Origin: Octopus sinensis
Taxonomy: Eukaryota
Length of the DNA stretch: 64,000 nt
NCBI RefSeq assembly: GCF_006345805.1
Contig: NC_043010.1
Span: forward strand, 60,574,001 to 60,638,000
Direction: 5' to 3'
The position numbers and the translations under genes were made by a program. Positions 22,612 through 36,490 of the stretch are shown in pieces (position 1 is the first letter of the stretch; each line of letters begins with the position of its first letter). Under the pieces are notes generated by a model, which was not told the origin of the DNA, did not search any database, and worked only from the letters and a program-made list of their open reading frames with translations.

Positions 22612-25600
22612 ATGACACCATATATTGGTCTACTGTGTCTTCTACCTTTACTGATCACCCTTGTACTGTCCATAGATATTGCATACCATGTCAAGGAAGA
22701 AGACAGACCTCACACCTATATAGGAGACATTGCTGTTGACTCCAACTTATCACATCCTCTCACGCATCAACAACACACTCTCATTACATTTACACAACTA
22801 CAAAGGACAGTCGAGAGTGGTTCTCACTTATTTAATGTCACCAACTCAGGAAAACTATACACTACTCAAACACTGGATGCTGAGTCTCTCTGTACATACA
22901 ACAAGGAATGTTACAGAACTGTGAAGGTGGCAGTGAGGAAAGGAAAAACGTTTATGAAGATTCTAAGGATAAAAATATTAATAGAAGACATCAATGACCA
23001 TTCTCCAGAGTTTCCACAGAATGAAGTTGAAATTGAATTTCTCGAAAGCCAATTTAAAGGTACTAAAATCTCACTTTTAAATGCCATTGATCAAGATATT
23101 TCAATAAAGAATTCTCAAATTACATATATGCTAAAAAAAAGTAAAAGAGAACCATTTTCTCTCTCAGTCACAAAACAGGATGGTATTTTTATACCTGAAC
23201 TGACTTTAGCAGATAAATTAGACAGGGAACTAAAATATTCATATATGTTGACACTGGAAGCTAAAGATGGAGGAAACCCTGCCAAAACAGCTACACTCAA
23301 GGTACACATATCTGTAACAGATGTCAATGATAACACACCTGTATTTTCACAGAAACTCTACAACATCACTATAAGTAATTCACATCAAAGACATTTACCA
23401 ATTCTTACTTTAAAAGCCACAGATCGAGATTCTGGAGACAATGGAAAGATTTCTTATCATTTCAACCATAAAACATCTCAAAATGTCCAGAAATATTTTG
23501 TATTAGATAAGAAAACTGGAGATTTATTTTTACATGATAATTTTCATTTCAGTAAAAGGCAATCTTATAAATTATTCATTGAAGCGCAGGATGGCGGCAA
23601 CCCTCCTCTAAAGACAGTAGCTAGAGTTCACATTTATGTGATTAATAATAGGAATGCTGCTCCATTGATAAACATAGATTTTGTATCTCCTTTATCAAAG
23701 AGCTCAGCAGCAGTTTCAGAAGACAGTGAAGTAGATAGTTTTATAGCTTATGTTATGGTCACTGACAATGATAGTGGACCTAATGGTGAGGTTATCTGTG
23801 ATTTAAAACATGATAAGTTTAAACTTGCCAAAATAGATTCTAAAGAGTATAAAATGATTGTTAAGGGCCATCTTGACAGAAATAAGGGACCACTATAAAG
23901 TATCTATTGTGTGTCATGACATGGGGTCACCTCAACTAGAAAGTAAAAAATATTTCTCTGTCAAAGTAACTGATGTCAATGATGTAGAACCACATTTTAC
24001 CAAAGAGACATTCCAATTCCTCACCTATGAAAACCAGAAAGTTGACTTCCCTATTGGCTTCATCAATGCTACAGACCCTGATCTTGGAGATGGAGGCCAA
24101 CTTACATATTCTATCATCAATGATAACAACAATGATAACATTCCTTTCCACTGACAAAATATGGATTTATTTCTACACACAACCATATAGATCGAGAAAT
24201 GAAAGACATCTATAAGTTCAAGGTTTTAGTGAAAGATAATGGAACACCTTCTCTCAATGACACTGCCAATATTGTTATTGAGATTCTAGATAAAATGACA
24301 ATGCTCCGTATTTTACGTTTCCTAATAATGACCCTTACAATCTCGATGTCCACTACCATCCACACAGTAAGAAGGACATCACAATTCTGAGAGCATCTGA
24401 CAAAGACACTGGAAACAATGCTTTCCTCACATATGGAATACTGAGATCCAATGATAAAAACCTGTTTACAGTGAACTCACACACTGGTGTGTTTATCTTT
24501 CTCTCGCACAGTTTACCAAAATGATGCAGGAACATATGAGCTGCAGTTTATAGTGAAAGACGGTGGTACTCCAGTTCAATCAGCAACAACTGCTATCATA
24601 CTAACACTGTTTGTTAGTAATGATACATCTCCAATGTTGACTGCTGTGCCATTCCAGTCTGGTCACGACCTGAATATGGACTTGGGTAATTATCATTGTA
24701 GCAGCAGCTGTAATACTATCTGTGGCTATTGTAGTGTCCATAACACTGTGTGTTTTCAGATGTATTAATCACACAAATAACTCACCCACAACAGCAGAGA
24801 ATCCCAACTTTCTCTCTCAGACTGAGATGAGACAATTACTGTATCAGACTAACAATCCTGTTGCAATAACGAGAAATGCAGAAGAGATATTTAACCGAAA
24901 TCTTCAGACAATAAAATCTAAAAGTCAGTTTTTTCTGGAGATGGAACAGACACCAGATGAGTGGAAATTCTCAACAACACAAAGGAGACTTCCACCTGTG
25001 CCTCAGGTAAATACTATTTTACATCTCTGATATCCTTTTGATTATAAATACAAAAGTATTTAATCAATTATTGATGTGCATTCAAATATTTCTTTCAAAT
25101 ATCTATTTCAGATTCTCATGTGTATGGAACGTTTCGTTTCTTTGGTTAAAATTTCTGGCTTTTCTGTGACATTCTGAATTAATTGTTCAGATATTTTCGG
25201 TTTGAATGGCAGTTTTTTCTAGCGGTGTCATATGAAATTGTCACCCATAATTATGACCCTAGTATCGATCTATTGCATTTCAATCTATTTTAGGGTTAGG
25301 GGTGGGGGAAGGGTATCTTCTTTTCTTCACAAATGTAAATAAACCCAATCTGTTTCTTAAACGAGGGACATATTCATACGGCACAGAATGTTGTTTACCT
25401 TAATGGACGTCAGTGATTGGTTGAAATTGCAGAAATTGAAGAAAAAAACAAAAAATACCTTACAAACTGTAGAATTTTCTCAATAAAGCCAAGAGAAAAA
25501 GATGTTTTATAAACACTCTCTACCAGTATACGAAGTTTAACATTTTTTAGTTACCTAGAAATTATGATAAAAACTGCCGTTCAAACCGAAAAGATCCAAT

Positions 25601-26125
25601 TGTTCTTTAATGTCTTTGTGATAGCAAAGCACAATATTCATTATCTAAATGGAATACACTTTATATAAGAACTGTTTTATTAGGAGTGATCTAAACTTGT
25701 ATTGATATAAGATTCCTCTTTCTATAATCCACAGAGATGTGATTCAATCCATAGTCAAGGACGTCGTACCAGTTCCATCATGTCTTACAACAGTGACACC
25801 TTAACATCCCAAAAGGACAGAGAAGCTAGCAAGAGTAATGGCAAGACTAAACCATATGATGAGATACCTGCAGAACCAGGTAACTTTTATCAAAACATAA
25901 CATATAAATGTAATTGCCTTTATTACTGTAGGACAATATATAATGTTATGCTTAGTGTAATATAAGATCAATGTTTCTATCTTTATATATTGGAGTTGTT
26001 ATATTGAAATGTAATTTGTGTGTTTGTATATTTGATATTTTGCAGAATATACCAATGACAATCCAGTGGCAGCCACAATACTAAAGGGACAACAAATACA
26101 AGATACCTATCTACAGCCAACATAG
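22612..26125 (+). CDS. Pcdh: Protocadherin copy D; several small frameshifts after ~23880
   Basis: join(22612..25006,25735..25879,26046..26125). Open for ~425 codons; the remainder matches intact copies apart from 1-2 nt indels. Confidence 0.8.
25189..25597. mobile_element. MITE with ~28-bp TIRs and 8-bp TSD, in intron 1 of copy D
   Basis: TIRs AGATATTTTCGGTTTGAATGGCAGTTTT / AAAACTGCCGTTCAAACCGAAAAGATCC. TSD AATTGTTC at 25181-25188 and 25598-25605. The empty site is visible in introns of B and C. Confidence 0.85.
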
Positions 26126-26940
26126 TAGATGTTCCATGACTATTGTTAAATGATTCTCTCACACACCAAATCTTATACAATACTATATATTCATATAAAA
26201 ATATCAACTCTATGTCTCTTTTACACATCACATTTAAAGGGCCTTAAAGTAGAATCTATTATGACCCTTAATTTACAGTAAATATTTCAAAAATCCTACT
26301 CTTCATTACCAAAGAACATTGTTATAGAATATTTATTTTCCTCTTGTTTTCTTTTAGCCATTTCACTAAACATTGGTTAATTCATCTGAGTCGTTCTAGA
26401 ATGTTTAGTTATAGTAGCTTTTTGATACCAATTCTCCCATTCATTATTATCATACTAAATTATTTTCTGTTTTTCTTTTATATTCAGTTTTTCTAAAATT
26501 TTATTAACAGTTACTGCTAATTTAGATATAACAATTCACCTATATTGCCAACATACTAAAACTACCAGCTCACATTTGAAGTTTTCTTAGGTATTGATTT
26601 TCAAATGTTTCATATTTTATGAAATATTACAGAAAATATGAGAAAATCATGTGCATTTAAATATTTTTAACTTGGAAATATTTTTGTTTCTCCTAATTTA
26701 CTTAGTTTACAGTTTATCTATTCATGTAAACTTCTTAACTAAAGATTTCTTTTGTGACTTAATCTAAAAACAATTTCTTTCTGATAGAAATTCTGAATAC
26801 ATATTCTTTATAGTGAAGTTAATAACTCATTAAATATCAAAAGATATTATAAATCTAATATTTTAATACAAATTTCTTATTTCCTAGCATTAGATATATA
26901 AATGTAGTGTTTTTATTAAATAGAAAAAGTGATGTTGCCT

Positions 26941-27600
26941 CTGTTTAACATGAATTCTGTTGTTTGATGTGTTTGTGTGACACAGACAACATTGCAGTAA
27001 TTTCCTATTGGATGAGAGAGATTTTCTATATTTCTTTCAATATTGAAAGTGAGGCTGATAGCTTTTTTCTTTGTTCATCATACACACAATTGTGTGTGTG
27101 TGTGTGGAGGACATAGAGTTGTAACTAGCACACACCAGCATCTGGCTAACATCTCACCTCCCACTACATACAGCAACTGTCACACTATTATATCAGCAGT
27201 TACACAGGAACAGCAGCAGCCAGCTGCAGTAACACAGGAACACTACTACAACAGCAGCAGTATACCACTATAATACACACAGCAGCATAGCAGCAGCAGT
27301 TGGAGTGGAACACTACAGCAGGATACACATCATCCATCACACACAACTACAGTGAAGGATTAAACAATGCAGGTAAGTCTCTCTCTCTCTCTCTCTTTTC
27401 TCTTTATTATCTTTTCATATTCATTATAACATTTATATTGTTTGTGTTTCTAATGAAAGACAGGGTAAGGATAATATCTAAAATGTCTGCCATGTTGTAT
27501 ATATACAGGGACTGGGACAGTGGAGGATCGAGAGATCTAGCCATCACTTCCACCATTAACTACAATAACTGCAGTAGTCATTGTAATATAATTACTTCTT
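26941..27600 (+). promoter_or_regulatory. Conserved non-coding block 4
   Basis: ATTGG 27007, donor CAG|GTAAGT 27372/27373. Confidence 0.55.
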
Positions 27601-28740
27601 GATGGACTAATTATTTTTATGTCAAAATCACACATTTAACAAGAGATATTAAACTATATATTTTGTTATTATATATTACGTATGCAATATAGGTGCAATA
27701 TAATCTGAAGTAGATGTGTATATATATATTTATCAATTTGTAGACAACATTTATTAATAACCATTAAAACTGGGTTTTAATAATGTCCGTTATTATAGTT
27801 GGTATCTTTTTTGTCAGAATTAATTCACTAATTAAATCTAAATCTTTCTCTAGTTTTAATGAACTTTTACCAGATCATTAATATCCCTATGTATATATAC
27901 CTTATTAAGTATCAGTTATATATATCATTGTGTATAATAAACTAAGTATCTTTCATCACCATCATTATTATTATGAAGATGTTGATAAATAAAATTTAGT
28001 GTAGTTTTCTTCAGGATCTCATTCCTTGATTAGGGTACTCTTGTCTAGCTAAATGTTGTATGTTTTCAAGAGCTTTTCTTTAAAGAACGTGGCTTTAGCA
28101 CATTTCTCAAGGCGAAACTCCATTTCAATATTGTCACTAATTTAACAATAAAAGTCATTCCAGTTATTAATCACATTTTGTGAAAACCTCAAGATCATCC
28201 ATATAAAGTGGGCTATTGATTGATCTGTCATATTCTGTACCCATGTCTTGTGTCATTCAACAGCTTACTTACAAGAATAAGAGCCAGGTGGTATTAGAGA
28301 ATCACATTGTATCAGTGTCACCAGCATTCACAGAACTTGTCTTTGAATCTGATATTCAGTTTGTCTTCTAGAGCTTCATATTATTTGATAGAAAATTTGC
28401 TATAACTGAAGAGATTATATAAATTTCCAAGCATTTCTATCTAATGCTTTTTTATAATCAATCCATTCAATGAAAAAATGTTTGTGTTATTTGTGGCATT
28501 CCTTTGGAATTATTTTATTGATTAAAAGCTGGTCTGCACACCCATACAAGCCACATTTACAGCCACTGTGTTTATTGGGGACTGTTTCTTTATCCATTTG
28601 AAAGTTATATATGTGTTCAATAACAATGAATGTTAGTATTTTCTACATGGTTGTTTTTGGTGGATAGTTTTAGAGGTTTTTAGTCTAATTGCTTTTGGAA
28701 GGTATCTTACCCCATTTACTAGCGAGGGAGAAATTTTCTG

Positions 28741-29065
28741 ATGGTCTTCATCATTTAATGCCAGTTTTCCATACAGGCATGAATTGGACAGTTTGAAGGG
28801 AGCTGGTATGGTCAAGAGCTACACCAAGCTGCATTGTCTGTTATGGTATGGTTTTTATTGCTGGATGCCCTGCCTAACACCACTCACTTTACAGAGTGTG
28901 CTTTTCATATGGCACCAATACCATGCTTTTTGCATGGTACCAGCACTGACAGTGTCACATGGCACTGGCACTGACAACGTCACTGTGTAACTTGTTCCCT
29001 TTCCAGCTGAAGGTGTTTTTGTCTTGCAACTTCCTCAGTGACCTTGTTGGTTCTAATGCCAGTCA
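28741..29065 (-). mobile_element. RTE-related repeat 3' portion
   Basis: CATCATTTAATGCCAGTTTTCCATAC...GCTGGATGCCCTGCCTAACACC is the inverse of the 7398-type 3' end. Confidence 0.55.
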
Positions 29066-30400
29066 TGCACAATAATATTAAACAGCTAGATCACTCCCTC
29101 CTGGAATTGAAGGAGAGCATTCAGCCAGCAATTATGGACTCTCATTTGGTGATTTCCACTTACCAGGTTTTCTCAGTACAATCCTGACATCTTCAATAGA
29201 AACCCCTTCATATATCCATTCTATATTATGCTCAGTATCTCTGACTTGCTAGTGAATCCATGTTCTTCCCAGATTAATTTCTAAAACTTTTGTATTTCTT
29301 CCTCGGTGGATGTGGTTTTAATAGTTGTATTAACTTTTGCAATTTTCTTTCACAGTTTATAGAATTGTTTTGTAACAAACTGTTTTCCTTGAAGATGTTT
29401 GACCATTTTTCAGGCCTCTTTTATACATCTTGCTTTTGTTTGAATCATTTGCTTGATTTTGTTCCCAAATTGCTTCATCAATTTCATTTGACCTTCTTAT
29501 GCCATATTTTCTTTCCACTTTCTTAGCTTTTGGTACCTTAACATTTTTTTTTGCTCTTTATATTCTTTAGCATTTCAATATCGGATCTAAGTACATTAAT
29601 TTTATTTCTAATTCTCCCTTGCCATGATGGTTTCCTGTTCGTCTGTTCAGTCTTTCTATTTATTTGAATCCCACAAAATCCAGTGGTCATTGAAGTTGCA
29701 GCATTGAGGAGATTATTCAGTGAGATGGATTTTATGAATGCATATTCCTTACTTATGATTCTACCATATTTTGTTGCAATTCTCATGGAGACCATTGTGA
29801 TCTCACATTTCAGTGTTTCACATTCATACACTCTGACAGAACTTTTGTCCTGAGATTATCATATTCAGTCTCTTACCACTCCCAGTGTAATCAATTTCAT
29901 TTACATCAGCCCCAGTGGTAAATTCTTGAGATACCTCTTTTGGGGTGTTTTGCACTATAATTTGTTTTCTCATTTGTATGGCCTTAGGCCTCAATATCTA
30001 TTTGAATTTGTTTGATATTTATGTCAGTCAACAGCTTATTCTTTATGATGGTCCTGCAAACATTAGCTGATTTCCTGCTATCTGTATTTTATCTGTTGAT
30101 ATGATTTTTTTCTTTCTTCAGTCTAACTTTGTTTTGTATTCAGTCTACCTAACGGAAAATACATTCTAGAATGGGCAGGTTTTCTTCCTTTGTGCATCTA
30201 GTTTTATAACATGTTGATGGTATGCACGAAGGGGCCATTGTCTTAAGGTATCTCTCTAAAAAAGCAATCATGTTGCGTGTTTTGGAAAGAGATCAACCCA
30301 TTAGCAATCTCGTCCACTTTAGATTGGTTTGACTCTTAGAAACGTGTTCTTTTCTACTACTAAGACCAATACAGGATGTGTTATCTTTTGTAGACATTTT
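29066..30400 (-). mobile_element. Decayed R4/Dong-like LINE, region upstream of RT
   Basis: Minus peptides RKPSWQGRIRNKINVLRSDIEML and KQMIQTKAR...KQFYK resemble the pre-RT region of R4-clade ORFs; multiple stops. Confidence 0.5.
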
Positions 30401-30539
30401 CTTTGTACTTCAATAATCATCATCATCATCATCATCATCATCAACAACAACATTATTGCTATTAAGAACATGGAGAGCTGGCAAAAACATTAGCACTCTG
30501 AGCATATTACTATGTGGCATTTTTTCCTGCTTTAAGTTA

Positions 30540-30662
30540 GGGTTCAAATAGCACCAAGGTTGGCATTGCCTTCCATCCTTTTGGGGAAAATAAAATAAGT
30601 ACTGGCTGAGCAATCAGCTTACACCTCGCTGAAATTCCTGGCCTCATACCAAAAATTGAAAC
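30540..30662 (+). mobile_element. SINE fragment (6823 family)
   Basis: GGTTCAAATAGCACCAAGGTTGGCATTGCCTTCCATCCTTTTGGGG. Confidence 0.45.
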
Positions 30663-30869
30663 CATTATTATAATTATTATCATCATTATCATTATTATTA
30701 TTATTGCATATGGCTTTAAAATAGAGTTTCTGTTATCAGTCACAGTGTTGCAACAAGCAATTTCAATATAATTCAAGATATTTAATGTCCCATTTCAGTA
30801 TATCAGTAAATATTAATTTTTAACAAAGCCATTCAGAAATTATCAACATTTCAAAGGACCTCACTACTC

Positions 30870-31655
30870 TTCTTCAGCTATTCTCCATCTCCATCTCCAA
30901 ATACTTGCTCACTGCTACCCCAGGGTTTTACCACTCACTGATCCCTTTCCCTGAAACTCGGCTTCTTTGGCAATGTCCTGCCACTTATATTATGACCTTC
31001 GACCCTCAAGGGTATACCCTGGTACTCGCCACCATCTATATCTCTCTTCTTTTACTCAACCATTCCATTTATATCATGATCCCTGTCCCTGTGAGTATAC
31101 CTGGCACTTTGGTGCCACCATCTCTATCCTGCTGCCTCCCACTCTCTCTCTCTCCTTCTCCTGCTCTTTCCTCAGGTTGTGTAACAACGTATCTCCTTTA
31201 CAGCAGCACACCTATTTCTGTCCTCATTTCTGATCTCTCTCCCCCACCCCTGGCCAAGTAAGCTTGTACTTCATCTACAGCAAGACACCTATTTCTGTAT
31301 CTCTGTCTCACTATCACTTTTCATCATCTGAGAAAAGATCACCTCCTCCAATGCACCCTCCTCTCTCAAAATATTTTTGTCTTGCAGGTTACTCAGTGAC
31401 CCTGTTAGTGTAGGTGCCACTTAAAAAGCATCCAGTCCAAACAGTAAAGTGGTTGGTATTTCGAAGGGCATCCAGCTGTAAAGACCTTGCGAAAACTGAC
31501 CTTGCCTGTGCTTGTGCCATGTAAAGACCACTCTGCTGGGTGGTTGGTGTTAGGAAGGGCATCCAGCTATAAAAACTTTGCTTAAGCAGATTTCAGCTCC
31601 TATCTAACCATTCCACCATGCCAGCCTGGAATGCAGACATTAAATGGTGCTGATA
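30870..31655 (+). mobile_element. RTE-related interspersed repeat
   Basis: Pyrimidine-rich body ending in a duplicated GGAAGGGCATCCAGCT motif and CCATGCCAGCCTGGAATGCAGACATTAAATGGTG. Confidence 0.55.
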
Positions 31656-31869
31656 TAGCGAATATTCACTTAGTCTTTTCCAAGAGGGTAACCCTTGCTA
31701 AATATTCAGGATTAACATTTTAAGGGAGTGTATTCAGATCTAATTAATAATACTTACATGATGACTATTAAAATTATAATTATTTTATTGAATTTTGTTT
31801 AGCCTTTAAATATCATTGTTGTCTTTTATAGCAATTTCTCCTGTTGAAATGTGATGAAGAATTCCAGAC

Positions 31870-34800
31870 ATGACACCATATATTGGTCTACTGTGTCTTC
31901 TACATTTACTGATCACCCTTGTACTGTCCATAGATATTACATACCATGTCAAGGAAGAAGACAGACCTCACACCTATATAGGAGACATTGCTGTTGACTC
32001 CAACTTATCACACCCTCTCACACATCAACAACACACTCTCATTACATTACACACTACAAAGGACAGTCGAGAGTGGGTTCTCACTTATTTAATGTCACCA
32101 ACTCAGGAAAACTCTATACACTACTCAAACACTGGATGCTGAGTCTCTGTGTACATACAACAAGGAATGTTCCAGAACAGTTAAAGTCGCAGTGAGGAAA
32201 GGAACAACTTTTATGAAAATTTTAAGGATAAAAATATTAATAGATGACATCAATGATTATTCCCCAGAATTTCCACAGAATGAAGTTGAAATTGCATTTT
32301 CTGAGACAGACAGTAAAGGAACTAGAATATCTCTTCCAAATGCAATTGATAAAGATATTTCAATAAAAAATTCTCAAATTACGTATACAATTAAGAAAAG
32401 TAAGAGAGAACCATTTTCTCTCTCTGTTACAAAACACAAAGGTATTTTCACACCTGAAATAATTCTGGAAGACAAATTAGACAGGGAACTCAAAGATTCA
32501 TATATGTTGACCTTGGAAGCTAAAGATAGAGGGAACCCTCCCAAAACAGCTACACTGAAGATACACATATCTGTAACAGATGTTAATGATAACATACCTG
32601 TATTTTCACAGGAAGTCTACAACATCACTATAAATAGTTCACATCAAAGACATTTACCATTCCTTACTTTAAAAGCCACAGATCAAGATTCTGGACAAAA
32701 TGGAAAGATTTCTTTTCATTTCAACCATAAAACGTCTCGAACTGTCCAGAAATATTTTGTATTAGATAAGAAAACTGGAGATCTATTTTTACATGATAAT
32801 TTTCATTTTAGTAAAAAGCAGTCTTATAAATTATTTGTAGAAGCAAGAGATGGAGGGAAGCCACCAAAAAAACTGTTGCCACTGTTCAAATTCACATAAT
32901 TAACAACAAAAATACTGCTCCATTGATAAATATAGATTTTGTATCTCCTTTATCAGAGAGTTCAGCAGCAGTTTCAGAATCAAGTAAAATTGGTAGTTTT
33001 ATAGCTTATGTTATGGTCACTGACACTGATAGTGGACCTAATGGTGAGGTTATCTGTGATTTAAAACATGATAAATTTAAACTTGCCAAAATAGATTCTA
33101 AAGAATATAAAATGATTGTTAAGGGCCATCTTGACAGAGAAATAAGGGACCACTATAAAGTATCTATTGTGTGTCATGACATGGGGTCACCTCAACTAGA
33201 AAGTAAAAATATTTCTCTGTCAAAGTAACTGATGTCAATGATGTAGAACCACATTTTACCAAGAGACATTCCAATTCCTCACCTATGAAAACCAGAAAGT
33301 TGACTTCCCTATTGGCTTCAATCAATGCTACAGACCCTGATCTTGGAGATGGAGGCCAACTTACATATTCTATCATCAATGATAACAACAATGATAACAT
33401 TCCTTTCCAACTGACAAAATATGGATTTATTTCTACATCACAATCAATAGATCGAGAAATGAAAGACATCTATAAGTTCAAGGTTTTAGTGAAAGATAAT
33501 GGCACCTTCTCTCAATGACACTGCCAATATTGTTATTGAGATTCTAGATAAAAATGATAATGCTCCGTATTTTACGTTTCCTAATAATGACCCTTACAAT
33601 CTAGATGTCCACTACCATCCACACAGTAAGAAGGACATCACAATTCTGAGAGCATCTGACAAAGACACTGGAAACAATGCTTTCCCTCACATATGGAATA
33701 CTGAGATCCAATGATAAAAACCTGTTTACAGTGAACTCACACACTGGTGTGTTATCTTTCTCTCGCACAGTTTACCAAATGATGCAGGAACATATGAGCT
33801 GCAGTTTATAGTGAAAGACGGTGGTACTCCAGTTCAATCAGCACAACTGCTATCATACTAACACTGTTTGTTAGTAATGATACATCTCCAATGTTGACTG
33901 CTGTGCCATTCCAGTCTGGTCACGACCTGAATATGACTTGGGTAATTATCATTGTAGCAGCAGCTGTAATACTATCTGTGGCTATTGTAGTGTCCATAAC
34001 ACTGTGTGTTTTCAGATGTATTAATCACACAAATAACTCACCCACAACAGCAGAGAATCCCAACTTTCTCTCTCAGACTGAGATGAGACAATTACTGTAT
34101 CAGACTAACAATCCTGTTGCAATAACGAGAAATGCAGAAGAGATATTTAACCGAAATCTTCAGACAATAAAATCTAAAAGTCAGTTTTTCCTGGAGATGG
34201 AACAGACACCGGATGAATGGAAATTCTCAACAACACAGAGGAGACTTCCACCTGTGCCTCAGGTAAATGTATATTTTAAACATTCCTCTATTTTGATAGC
34301 AAATTTTTGGCATTCTTCAAAATATGTTTTAAGTTTGTAGTGACATTTACAGGTTCTGTCCCAATTCTTATATCTTCCCTATAAAAGACAGTGTCTTTTA
34401 CATAATTTTACATTTTTCAGAAGGAATAGATTTAAGATTTACATCCATATCATTAAACTAGTGTCTTTGTTTTGTTTATTCTGCCCTCTTAAATAATTCT
34501 TAACTTAGAAAATGTTTAATTATAATATTTCCAATTTTTAAAAGAGGAATTTTTTTTTTGTGTTTTGCCAGGAACATTCTAGAATACAAATAGAAATGCT
34601 TTTATTTAACATAATGTTTTGTTCTGTTTTCTAATCAACAGAGATGTGATTCAATCCATAGTCAAGATCGTCGTACCAGTTCCATCATGTCTTACAACAG
34701 TGACACCTTAACATCCCAAAAGGACAGAGAAGCTAGCAAGAGTAATGGTAAGACTAAACCATATGATGAGATACCTGCAGAACCAGGTAACTTTTACCGA

Positions 34801-35030
34801 AACATAACATATAAATGTAATTGCCTTTATTACTGTAGGACAATATATAATGTTATGCTTAGTGTAATACAAGATCAATGTTTCTATCTTTATATATTGG
34901 AGTTGTTATATTGAAATGTAATTTGTGTTTGTATATTTGATATTTTGCAGAATATACCAATGACAATCCAGTGGCAGCCACAATACTAAAGGGACAACAA
35001 ATACAAGATACCTATCTACAACCAACATAG
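31870..35030 (+). CDS. Pcdh: Protocadherin copy E; multiple 1-nt frameshifts
   Basis: join(31870..34262,34642..34786,34951..35030). All domains are present across shifted ORFs (31870, 32192, 32923, 33285, 33499, 33891). Confidence 0.78.
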
Positions 35031-35792
35031 TAGATGTTCCATGACTATTGTTAAATGATTCTCTCACACACCAAATCTTATACAATACTTTATATTCATA
35101 TAAAAATATCAACTCTATGTTTCTTTCACACATCACACACATAGAGGGCCTTACATTGGTATCTATTATGACCCCTGATTTAAATCTCTAATGCATTAAA
35201 TATTACGACCACATTACCTTTTATTACATAGTTGATTATTATAAAATAGTTATTTTACTTGCAGTTTTTGACATTTCACTAAACATTGGCAAATTAATCT
35301 GAGTCATCCTAAAATGTTTAGTTCTGTTATGTTTTAGTTTGACACCAATTCTAACATGTACCTTCTGCTGTTTCAATTTTATTTACAATCTTTCCTGTAG
35401 CATTTTGTATCAATTCTAGAAGTACTTTTACTAATTACCAGATGGACAATTGTTTTAGAGGTAAATAGCTCACCTTTAAAAGTAAATATAAATAGCATAC
35501 TACAAACACCTAATCATATTTGAACTTTTGTTAAATTTTAAAATTGTGAAGTTTCATCTCTTACAAAGTGGCATATTGAAAATAAATTAGAATATTTCTA
35601 GAAAATAATTTTTGCATCCAAAATAATTTATTTGAAAATATTTTCATTTCCACAATTAAGACTAGTTTTATTTAAACTTAAAATTATCTAAGTAATATAA
35701 TTATATAGTTTGTATTTTTCCTACAATTTTTTTATTTCTTAACACTAAATATTTAAGTAGTAATATTATGATCTGTAAACTGTCAATCTGCT

Positions 35793-36490
35793 TCTGTGTA
35801 ACATGACTTCTTTTGTTTGATGTGTTTGTGTGACACAGACAACATTGCAGTAATTTCCTATTGGATGAGAGAGATTTTCTATATTTCTTTCAATATTGAA
35901 AGTGAGGCTGATAGCTTTTTTCTTTGTTCATCATACACACAATTGTGTGTGTGTGTGTGTGTGGAGGACATAGAGTTGTAACTAGCACACACCAGCATCT
36001 GGCTAACATCTCACCTCCCACTACATACAGCAACTGTCACACTATTATATCAGCAGTTACACAGGAACAGCAGCAGCACAGTAACACAGGAACACTACTA
36101 CAACACAGCAGCAGTACCACTATAATACCACTACAGCAGCAGCAGCAGCAGTTGGAGTGGAACACTACAGCAGGATACACACATCATCCATCACACACAA
36201 CTACAGTGAAGGATTAAACAATGCAGGTAAGTCTCTCTCTCTCTCCTTCTCTCTCTTTCTCTTTATTATCTTTTCATATTCATTATAACATTTATATTGA
36301 TTTGTGTTTCTAATGAAAGACAGGGTAAGGATAATATCTAAAATGTCTGCCATGTTGTATATATACAGGGACTGGGACAGTGGAGGATCGAGAGATCTAG
36401 CCATCACTTCCACCATTAACACAACAAGAACTGCAGTAGTCATTGCAATACAATTACTTTGAACTGGATTACGTCTTTTAATGTCAGAAT
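35793..36490 (+). promoter_or_regulatory. Conserved non-coding block 5
   Basis: ATTGG 35860, donor CAG|GTAAGT 36226/36227. Confidence 0.55.

Noticed and set aside
25290-25303. TTTAGGGTTAGGG as an interstitial telomere
   Set aside because: Only about two units, and inside a MITE.
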